DNA of 64,000 nt. Origin: Pecten maximus (taxonomy: Eukaryota). This document shows positions 52,732 through 64,000 of this stretch, piece by piece. Location: contig NC_047031.1 in assembly GCF_902652985.1 (NCBI RefSeq), forward strand, positions 30,938,001-31,002,000, read 5' to 3'. Both the position numbers and the translations under genes were made by a program. How positions within the stretch are numbered: position 1 is the first letter of the stretch; every line of letters starts with the position of its first letter. The notes under the pieces were generated by a model that saw only the letters and a list, made by a program, of their open reading frames with translations, had not been told where the DNA came from and did no database searches.

Positions 52732-55700
52732 TCAATATCTGTAATTGTAATGCATCTTGGCTGAGTTGTATGCTGGCGTTGACATGTCCACATTTTGGAA
52801 TGTATCTTTCTGTGACAGTTTATTGTTTTTCCCGTTACATGCTTTAAATATCATTGCTCCAACTGCAACGGCGACGATGACAGCTGCAGATCCGACCGCG
52901 ATACCAACTACAAGTCCAATGTTTGAACTAGTGTTGGTGATAGGCTCTTCATTTGACTCACTCTCCTGTCAAGACATATTGATTATTCATAACGATTACG
53001 TATTTAAAGAAAATATAATACATATCGCTACTTAATGATAATCATATATATACATTATGCTGTGAATGTCTGTAATGAAATAAGAAAAATGAACATATGA
53101 ACAATTTATTCATGAACGATAATTTTGATATTATTAACATTTTTATTATATTTATATTTTTTCTTACTGTCATCTTCAATTATAAAACAGTTGATGGTCA
53201 ACTTCTGCGGAACTTATGTACAATACTAATAGAGCCAACAACTTTATATCCGGAATGAAGTGACTTCCCCTCGGATACTAAATGACATAAATGGATAAGT
53301 CGCATACCTATATTAATTGAGACATTTTGTCACTACCAAAAATTACAAAGGAGCCTTGTCACTTCGAAAACATTATTTTTAGGCCTAAATTACACCACAG
53401 TATTGCAGATGGCGTCAAATTGTGGGATCGCTTTCGCTACTATGGTATCTAATAGCATTAAAACTACATTTTAATAGTGTTTTTCGAGTTAAACAGTATC
53501 TAATGTTCTTTATTTAACAAAACAAATATTTTCCCGTTTCATCGTGGCATATGCAGTTTGTTTATTATACATGTACATGATTATTTTTATTTGAATTGTG
53601 ACAATCTGCGTTCTTAGATAAGTAACTTAGTTACGAAATTAGTTAAGCAGGCAAGTGCATAATCTATTAATTTGGTTACATTTATGGCCAAGGGAACTTG
53701 AATAGCACAAAGCCTGTATCTGTATTCATTAAATGTGAAAAAAAACTCTTTCGTCCGACTCCTATGGGATAAAACATTTTCTGAAAGACCCACCTTTTAT
53801 TCTTCTGTGGAATCATATATTTAATTTGTGATGAATGTATAGAATAGAATTGCACCTACATTGCGATGTGCATCGTTAGAACCGTCCTCTATGACTTCTT
53901 CATTAACCACTTCATCTACAACTTCGTGGTTTGCTGCTACAACGCCTTGTGACGTCTCGCACCTAAGTCCAGCTAACGAACTAGCATTCACTGTGAAGTT
54001 GTCTTGACAACATGTCCCCCTAAAGAACACCATAATGTTACGTTGCTTGGCTTCTTATAATTAAAATGTTAATGCTAAAATATTATTAAAATAGTGTCTG
54101 TAGGGTGTTGTTTCAGCCACCTTATGTGCATGAATTTATGACAAATATAATCTCAAAAGGGGGTATTACCTGATATGTAAACGCTGGCTATCGGTAGAGT
54201 CAATGGTCAATGAAACGTTTTTAACGCTCATGTAAGTTGATATATCAAATGAAAAGACAGCTGTGGCCGACCATGTGAATAAAGTACAGTTTCTTCCGGT
54301 ATTAGCCATTCTGCACTTCCGGGATACGAAGGAAGAACATATAGGGCCAGTAAACTATGTAATGACATGAAAAAATATTCACGAATATTCCATAACACAA
54401 CTGAACGTATTGCATGTTAACGTCTAGTATTCATGGTTTTCAATTGGGTTTCTCTTACTAGTATAAAATGTTTCACATTTCAAATTGTATCACGTGATCC
54501 GAAGATAATCATTTTATGTGTATCGTATTGTTGTTATGACTTGTAATGTATGTTTGTAATAGACTTATACACGTATATATGCTGGTTATTGATTAGCTTA
54601 CACATCGATCTGTTATAGATAAATGTTTGATTCATCCATTTTTTTAATTATTCGTCCTACATTTGAATGGAATTCAGTCAAGCTTATTTTAAATGAATTT
54701 AGCGTTTAGCGAAAATATACTTTATTAATTTATTTCTTTATAAGTAAGAAATCGTATCAAGCCTGTTCTTCTTATGAAAGTGTCGTTGTGAGTATAATTA
54801 ACTTGTAAAACTTACCATAGCTGTAGATCTGCTCGACTGAAGGACAGAGGTCGATCCTGACCGTTTCACGCTCACCGTGTATGTTCTACAAAATATGTAG
54901 CAAATGATTACTATATGGACTATTATCTATTATGCAAAGTAAATATCTAATGCATCATCTTTTGAAAGTTATAAAGGTATTTTTTAAACTCAGCATTGAA
55001 TAGTTTCAAAACGTGTTTACTTAATGGAAGGATCTATCTTTGAACAGTGAGTTTTTACTGCAAATGATATGTACATTAATTCCAATTCTGTGGGACTCGA
55101 TATCTTGAAACGTCCACTTGTTGAATTCCCGCCAGGCAATATATGCTGTTGTGATGTTGAATTTTGAACTCTTGCTTTGTCGTCGACAATGCTGACTGTG
55201 TAAGACTGAGAGGTCATGCCCAGATTACTTAGTTTATAAGTTATATTGTGTGCCATCCCGACATCAAGGTTCCCTGTAAATCACAAGTATATTCTTATTA
55301 TGTTGATATCAATCTATTCGATACATGTCAATATACAGACATTATGGAAAATATGTACGTAGTTTATAGAAGAAATACCCGTTGGTTCGGAGAAAGGCGT
55401 ACTAAACAGAAAAAAACAGCATATGCATTGCTATTGGTATAACACATGTGGAAAAATAAAAATCAGAGAGTAGCTTAATCTTTTAAGAATAGTTTTGTAC
55501 AATTACTTTCTTCGACAGTATTTATAGGTTATTAAAATGTATTAAATATAATGGAATTTTTATTCGTTTGATCCATTTTATATGTACTCTTTCACCTTAT
55601 AACCCAAACGAGTTGCATCTCACTTAAGTTGACGGAGTTATCATACATGTATATGATTGTATAGAGATGACAAGTATCAATTAGCAATCGTGTACGTGAC

Positions 55701-58700
55701 GTTTGCTTATTGTACAAACAAAACATATCGGAAATATTCTAATATAAATCGTTCAGTGTCATTTTAAAAGTAAGGAAATGTCAAACATTCTCACCGACAA
55801 TAGGCTCTACAAATAAGTCCACACCAACGGGAGTAGTCAATTTACTTGACGTTCGTTTAAATTTGAAACCGTTTTGATCAATACCGCTAAGCTGTACATA
55901 GAAGCTCTGAAACAAATATGAAAACTATTACATTGTTTCACTAAATTGGTGCTTAAGTCTTAAACCGTACTGTTTTTTTTTTTTTTTTTTTTGTTTTTTT
56001 TTTCTTTTAAAAGTGTAGATTTCTGATTTATGTTTCCCAATAAGATTTTGTATAGAGATCAAGGCATGTTTGATCTTCGTAGACTACATGTGATACAGAA
56101 AGTGGTAATAATTAATTAATAATCAATATTCAAAGACAGACAATTATTTGTTGAATTAGAAAGGGAATTAACACATTCATGTGTCGACAATGTATAGAGA
56201 GAACATTTCAAATTTAGATTTTAAAAGAGCATATCCTTTACCTTTGATGGGATACTGATTCGTACATATCCACTTATTTTCGAAACCTCAAACGCGATAT
56301 GCACAGGATGATTGTACATGACCGTTCCATGGTCGTCTAGTAGATGTAGTCTAAACGATGAGAACGACGAGTTCAAATTGTAGGCGAGGACTTCCAGGGT
56401 GTAGTTTTTACCTGTGGTCAATTTTGCAAAATAAGTAAAAGTTAATTGACTTTGAAGAGGGATATTACCTGAATTTTGTCTATACGTATATTGGTTGACA
56501 CAGGTCTTGTAGATCTAGATTGCAATAATATCTAACCATTTTATCGACTTGGAGTTAGAAGCATAGATTAGTAAACAAGAATGAATTCTCTTACTTTTGT
56601 ATTCAAGTGATGGGTGAACGATATACACTCAATATGTTTTCCTTTTTTATATTAAATATTGAAACACTAATCAATACGAAACAAAGAACTTCACCAGAAA
56701 AAAAGACCTACCTACAATAGGGTTTCGGTCCAATATATACGATATTCCGAATTCGTCTGTTTCTTTAAGTTGAGTGTCGATGTCAATATTAGTGGAGGCT
56801 GTGACGTTAACTTTCCATGAGGAACTCTGATAGCGGGTCAATTTCCAAATACCAGTTGACGGTTTCTTTAAAACATATCGAAATAGTAGTTGTTATTTTT
56901 TGTGTGTATTTTATTTAATTATCAATCTGCTTTTTGCCGAAAGGACACAGTTATGAACTATTATAAATCAAACTATTATATATTCTCTATAGAAAAATAT
57001 TGTATTGCCTAAAATATTTCAATTTTTTTCCGAGCATACAAAATCATTTTTGATGCAGACTCTTTTCATGATATTCGAATTACTTCTTAATGATCATTAT
57101 TGATATTCTTTGTTTGCATTAGTATTTTAACAATTATGTATGTCTTACTTTACTCGATTCTCCATTTAGTTGTTTTGATATATCTGCATTCCCATTTGTA
57201 AATTAACAGTGTTTTTTATAGCTATCTTCTTATGGAAACATTAAAGCTATGTATCAGGTATTTCTACAGTCATCACATACATGCATACCTGAATTGACAT
57301 AGTCATTCTATTGCTGGAGAGATATCGCTTAGCATGATCCGTTGGGAATGTCTGGATGGTTCCTAGGACAAACTACAAAACGACAAGTCTTAGAATGACA
57401 AAACAAACCAGGAAATTCTCACGATATTAGCCAAAGAAAGTAAAATCACATGTCTATTTCCCTAGTTGTTAATGCCTTAATTCCGGCAAATAAAGTTTTC
57501 TTTTTCCCCCATTTGAAATTGATGAAATTATGTGATTTTATGCTTGATATGAAGCTGAGAGTAGAAAAAAGTATGTGTTTCTGTTATGGTAATATATTAT
57601 TAGAATATAAACGGGCCCGCATTCCGGAAACCATTCTCGTATTCAAACATGCAATCTTTTTTTAAACTAACTTAAATAAAAATCATAGAAATTAAAAAGG
57701 AATGTTTAGAATAGTTAGACATTTGAACGCTGCCTGAAATTCCTTTAAATCACTGAAACATGTTAATCAAGATATCAGATTTATTCCTAAAAGTATTGGA
57801 CCCTGATAATGTTTTCATGAATACAGGTACCGACCTTCAAATCGTTGCAATTGTTTTCGAAATGGAATAATTTGCATATAATCTGCACCAATACTATATA
57901 CAAATAAATAAACTACAATTGTACAACAAGACAAAACGCTTACCATTTGGAAGTGATAACGATGCATGTGATTCATGACTAGGTCCACTGATGGTAATAA
58001 CGAGGACGGCTGTGTCACTGTCCACAATTATATCCATAGTGTCATTGTCTGAGATAGTCAGGACAAAGTAGTCGATAATGGCTTCAGAGGATGGAAAGTC
58101 ATTCTGAAATATTTAAATTATGTCGTTTTTTTTTTTAAATATTAATGCTTAAGTCTGTTGAAAAAGTTTTTTCCACAGGAATAATTGTTTGAATGTCATG
58201 CAGATACATATCCACAAATACTCCCTTATGCTTTATTATACAATTAATTATATTTTAGTTATGACATCAATACATTTAAAAGCCATATCGCTGAAAGTTT
58301 TCCACTATTAACAGATATATCAATATTTGCATAACAGGTTGATAAAATAATAAAGAATAACAAGGTATGGATGAAATAACAAGCAAGACGTGAAATGTTT
58401 TAAAAGGGAGTAACTTGTCAAAGCTGAAAGGTATCTAGAAAACTACAATATGAACGACCAATTTTGATATTAAGCGTCAGAGTTATTTCCACTCTAAAGA
58501 TGTTCTTTCGCATAAAACTAGAACAATACTACTAGTTCTCAAAATCAGTGTTATATACGTGTCTACATTTTATGTAACCGCCTGGATATACACTCGTTTA
58601 AGAGTGTATTCAAGTCTCTTTCTGGTGGTTTTACCAAAAGATACAGTTCAATATTGTATCGATATTTAGAATAAACCACGTCGAAAAAAAATCCAAAACG

Positions 58701-61700
58701 GTACTCAAGTCCTAATAATTTGATTTGCATACTATTTAATTATACTTAATCATAATTTTACTCTTCAACGTTTAATTAAAACTTAGTAAACTTTAAAAAG
58801 CCCTACTTGATGTTGGGAATTTCCGCCAACTTAAAAATATAACAAAAATAGTTCCATTAAATGAACTCTTATGTTTGGGTTTTCCCCAAGGGGAGAGTGA
58901 AATCACTTTCGTTATTTTCCTTGCTTATTTGAATGATCAATAATGCATCCATCCTTCGTGTCAAACAGTGCATTACAAAACGGGAGACGCGTAACAATTA
59001 TAGGTCATCGTCATGTGCAATTTGCAGCAATACTTTACACAATGTAGATATTTATCCATTGATCAATTGCGTAAATGAATGGATTACAACATCAACCCTT
59101 GTTTTCAATATTATATCTATTGAAGCATCGTATTCACCTGCGCGGCTCAAAACTGTGCATTACTTACGGATTCTATCTAAGCAAGAAGACCGGATAGCAT
59201 TTGGCTGAGATGAATAGAATTGATACAACCAATTACCCACTGACCGTTAATATATATACCTACCTCGAAGATACGATCGAGCACTGTAGTAACCTCACTA
59301 TGGCTAACACGGTGAACAGATCCCCCAGTACTGTCAGCAAGTGTTTGAAAGGACGAGAGACTTCTTTTATATCGCAGTTTTACGCCTGAAGAATAAATGA
59401 AAATAAACTTTGTCATTTAATTTCAAAGTATATAACAATGGTTAGACTTTCTTCACGGTTCGCTATACGGACACAATAACAAGAAACCATACATCCTAGA
59501 AAATGTTATTCAACAATCGGCTCTTGCTCTTCTGAGAAAATGGCATTAGAATAATTTTGATTCTTATAGTGGTGTATGAAAGCGCTATATTTAAAAGCCA
59601 AGATAATACTTTTTTTAACAAATCATTATTTTTTTAAGTTTTCATATGAAGACCTAAATGCAGTCATATATTAAGGCATTTGCTGAATGGGATATATGTT
59701 ATAATTGAGATAACATATATCTGATGTGTAATTAATACCAGTTTTTATGTTGTTCTTACTTCTGCGAAATCGGCACGTTCCTGTAAGAATGAACACCAGT
59801 CTAATATGTTTTGCTTTCGCCTCGTGAACTAAAATGTCAGTCATATTATCGTCTTTTGCATCTGCATCCGTGGCAAGGTAGATCGGGGAATATTCACCAG
59901 ACTCTTTGATGGCTGAAACATATACATTTACACATATCTATAAAATGTCTTAGCTATAACGCAGCAACAATGCATACACAATTCCATACTCCATCATAAC
60001 AGTTTGTGTTCATCTTATTTTGTCACCAACTGAACACATGAATATAAACATACCAGCTAGTAGTCCTGACAATGCATATTCTGGGCAATCCCCTCCTCCT
60101 GACGCAGTCAATGCATCTATCCATCGTATCATCTCGAATCCGTCGGTCGTATTTCTAACTCTGGTAAGGCTTTCTGAAATATATGACGGATTTGCATGTT
60201 TTTTTCAACAGTATAGCATAATTTATTCGCGTTAAAAGTTTTGACTTAAACTTGCCGCAAACTTTTTATTTGTAGGTATTACGCTTTTTTATAGGATTAA
60301 CGACACATTAGAAATATGAGGATTATCATAAATTTTAAAGTTAGTATGTGATCTGCCTAATATGTGGTCGTGATTAATATCACGATTAGGCATGAATTTC
60401 TGTATTTTATCAGATAAAAAAAAATTACAAAATTATGAAAGAATAACGAAATGATTTCTTCTTACTTCTAATTTAGATTTAGAATATATTTTACCTACTA
60501 CTTCCATTTAGATAAATTTAAAAGTTTTTAAAAATCATTTCAGAATCATGGCGATCGGCTTCCTAGTTCCAAAAGTTTTCTTTTTTACAGTGTTAATAGA
60601 TATATAAAAAATCTACAAGAATAGCGATGTCTGCACGTCCTGAATAAATTAAGAAATGGAAATAAAACCAAAACTACAATTGTACGCAAAAATAATAAGT
60701 CGAAAAACATACCAGGGTCACTGAATGTGGACAGGACATATTTATTTGGTTCATTAACAGTTCCAATCTTTCCTGACAACTTGCCGATTAGCATTTCCTT
60801 AACGGAATTGATATCGCCAGCCATTGATCCAGTAACGTCGATGACCAATCCCATTGATATTTCCTGTTTCGCTTTCGTCAGTCTTAATATCGATTTGATT
60901 GTTGTTTCGTCCAAACCCCTCAATAATCCCGATGCTTGAAAGATAAAAATGACAAAATCACTGCCGTTTGAAGAGCATCCTATAACAGATGAAAGAGAAA
61001 ATGTAGCGGCCAAACTGGGATTCGAACACGGGACCCTTTGAACTCTAGACGGACACTCTACCAACTAGGCTACCTGGTTGCCAAAGATCAACCCAGACCA
61101 GTTCCATTACATTTCTCTCTCCATTTTTGTCACGTCATCACCCCCGAAAAGCACAAGTTCAGGTATCCCCTTGCTAAGCGTACTCCAAATGCTTTAAACA
61201 AGAGTTGGCAAGCTCGCCAATTTTGAAGCAGGAGAACGATAAAATGTAGAGGCCAGATCGGGGTTCGAACACGGCCCTCCGAACTCTAGACGGACACTCT
61301 ACCAACTAGGCTACTTGGTCGCCAAAGATCAATCCAGACCATTTCCATTACATTTCTCTCTCCATTTTTGTCACGTGATCACCCCCGAAAAGCACAAGTT
61401 CAGATATCCCCTTGCTAAGCGTACTCCAAATGCTTTAAACAAGAGTTGGCAAGCTAGCCAATTTTGAAGCAGGAGAACGATAAAATGTAGAGGCCAGATC
61501 GTGGTTCGAACACGGCCCTCCGAACTCTAGACGGACATTCTACTAACTGAACTACTTGGTCACCAATGATCGACCCAGTCCAGTTGCGCTATGTTTTATA
61601 TAGTCACATCAAAACAAGGCATAGTTTGAGTAAAAAGCTAAAGACCAATACAAAATGTTTAAGCATACACTAGCAACATTTTTTTCACGTTATAATACTT

Positions 61701-64000
61701 TAAACAGATATCCAGGCTTTACATTAACAGTATTTACAATGCATAAGCTTTATATTAACATACCCTTTTACGCATGCTACGTATTGAAAAAAAGGATTAA
61801 TAATAATGACAAAGAAATTTTCTGTCGACACAACTGGAACTTATACACTACAACAGACATCCGATTGCATCTTGGTTCGATTGTTATTATTGTCAGGAAG
61901 TCTTATTTAGGAGTTTGGGTTGAACTTATGAGTAAACTTACCGTTTTTCGGTTTAATAGGGGGCAGTAGTTTACTATAAAATATATTTATCGCATGGATT
62001 GTTGAATAGCACATTTGAGTGTTAGTTTTTATTTGTGTATATTTTTTCGGCCCCTGTGGTCGTCTGTCTGAATCTCTCCATTTCGTTTTATCCGATATTA
62101 CGATTAACTAAACGATTGCCTTAACGGCGGCTTTGTCCGTTGATCAACTACTTTCAACCGGCGCAGCTGAAATAGAGAAAGCACATCCTAAAATTGTGTT
62201 GATCATTTTTAAGACGAATCTGTATGAAAGTCACACAGGAAGCTGTCTCGGGGATATTCAGGAAGATGTTATTTAGACCTTTGTTGTTTTAAATTCTAAG
62301 CAACACAGGCCGCCCTCTTGCCCCCTAGGAAGCAATATTGTAGGGGATCAAATCGTGACCCGACTTTCACCAGTCAGCATCAATGCTCTCACGGTAAAAT
62401 GATACGAGGACGGACTGATATGTCGTGAGCCTCATATTGAAAGATTTGAATTTTGCAGGACATATTTTATTATTTTTCAACATAATCCCCTTCAGTATCT
62501 ATACACTTTTGTAAAACTCCTTTTCTTGGCTGTTCAGAAAGTCATTCACTGCATGTATGACGTCGTCATCGGACAGAAAGTGGGTGCATGAAATAGCTGT
62601 TTTCAGTTTCGGAAAAAGATGAATGTCTGGTGGAGCGAGATCAGTTGAATAAGGCGGGTGCTCAATCAATTTAAAGCCACAATCGTGAATGGCAGCCATG
62701 ACAATGACAGAGATGGAATAACACATCTTTATTGAGCTTTCCCCGTTTTTCCGTAACTGCCTCAGAGGTGAAGCATAATATATGCCATTGATTCAGCAGA
62801 ATACAATCTGTATCCAAGAAAACCGAGGCCATAGCCTTCCAAGCTGATGGAACAGTCGTTGCCTTTTAAGCGGGGAGAGCCATGGTGCTTCCATTGTTTC
62901 GATTGTTGTTTGGCCTCTGGGTAAAAAATGATGGACACATGTTTCATCCATAATGACAAATCTGTGAAGAAAGTTGTTAGGATCTTCCTAAAAAAATACG
63001 TTAAGCACGCAATAGTGTGCGCCCGGTGTGCTTCATGTGCTTCTGATCAACTGACAGGCCTTCTCGGATTGATATGTGTATATAGGATCGGGATATTCCA
63101 CTCGGGGGTCACATCATATGTGTGCATGTAGGATAGGGGTATGCTACACCAGATATATACAATTTGTTGAAACCAGCGAAATATCTCTTACCTTCATTCA
63201 AACGTCACATTTTCTGAGGAAATAATTCAGATAATTGATTTTACCAAGCACATTTTTGATTTTCCTACCATAGCAACTTTTTTTGCAAACTCTAAGTTTC
63301 CATACACATTTCAGTCTGTCATTGGACAACTGCTGAACGAATTCATATTCAGAAAACAATTGCCATAACTCGACCGATGTTTTACATGTCCATGGAAAAT
63401 TGTCAAGAGGGAAAGGAGAAGATCCTTACCCTCCCTTTCAGCTAAAATTAAAGTTTGCTTTACCTGTTGATATTCATGTTCGACACATTTGCAGAAACGA
63501 CATATCTATTTGCAAACAATGATGGTAAAAAAGCCATACTTGCGTCCATGAAGAACGCTTCCGTCGCTCTGACCGCCGTCAGTCCGGAGATGTTGTGTAA
63601 ATGCGCATGCGGAGACCAGGACCAATCCGGAGTCTCCTTGTTTATCCCACCAGTTGCTGCTGTGTTCTTCCCTAAGTCTTTCACCCCGCCATGACTGCAT
63701 TTACCCTCAGTAGCGTGCGTGTCGGCTAAATGCCGTTTATACAAATTAAAGCAAAGTTCAATTGCATGATATCAAAATACGATATTGTAAAATCAAAAGG
63801 CATTCGTGGTATTTAATGTTTAAAATTTGTTTTATTCCGTTTGCGAATAGTTGCGACGTACAAATATATGTTATGGATAGATTTCAGTTTCAATAACTTA
63901 AGATCAATAAAAATGAATAAGACTCAAAATCATCAATCTCACCTGGCGGTTTTGAATAATACAGCTGGCCATACAGATATCCACTAGTCAAACTGTCGTG
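52732..64000 (-). CDS. VWA7-like type I membrane protein, paralogue C (5'-partial, exons 5-20)
   Basis: Exons >64000-63943, 63725-63540, 60934-60713, 60173-60054, 59912-59760, 59385-59264, 58103-57944, 57362-57289, 56865-56712, 56411-56242, 55906-55795, 55273-55075, 54885-54816, 54354-54170, 54019-53860, 52965-52732, colinear with A. Motifs KCSHGG, DVTGSM, GGGDCPE. TM IGLVVGIAVGSAAVIVAVAVGAMIF. Tail ends PAYNSAKMHYNYRY*. Confidence 0.88.
61000..61590 (-). repeat. 240-bp tandem repeat of a tRNA-like unit (~2.4 copies) in an intron of gene C
   Basis: Reverse strand GTAGCCTAGTTGGTAGAGTGTCCGTCTAGAGTTC...GTGTTCGAA occurs three times at ~240-bp spacing. Confidence 0.8.
62403..63060 (-). pseudogene. 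Degenerate Tc1/mariner (mariner-type) transposase relic
   Basis: HPPYSTDLAPPDIHLFPKLK (canonical HPPYSPDLAPSDFHLF), MDETCVHH and PEAKQQSKQWKH motifs in broken frames; TACGAGG-type terminus at 62403. Confidence 0.88.

Overview
AT-rich, intron-rich animal genomic DNA; the V-domain SINEs and repeat landscape suggest a mollusc, probably a bivalve (inference). The window is dominated by a head-to-tail cluster of three minus-strand, multi-exon paralogues of the VWA7 (G7c/NG37) family, which I assembled by hand from GT-AG boundaries with consistent phases. Gene A (36570->12195, 20 exons, ~1006 aa) encodes a signal peptide, Het-C/phospholipase-C-like N-domain, VWA domain, beta-rich stalk, transmembrane helix and tail. 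Gene B (49356->41852, 11 exons, ~532 aa) lacks the whole stalk and has almost no tail. Gene C (>64000->52732) has its 5' end outside the window and a Tyr-rich tail. Notable points: (1) the predicted metal ligands of the N-domain are replaced in A and B, suggesting membrane-anchored pseudo-enzyme receptors; (2) ~80-100 bp near-identical tracts between diverged paralogues fall on those motifs; (3) gene A has local duplications seeded at a splice acceptor, a splice donor (a 1.7 kb minisatellite) and its stop codon; (4) a 44-bp tandem array of CTCF-like motifs lies downstream of the cluster. The rest comprises SINEs, hairpin/MITE elements, a Harbinger-like MADF element, a mariner relic and satellites. 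Most ORFs in the supplied track are spurious or single exons.
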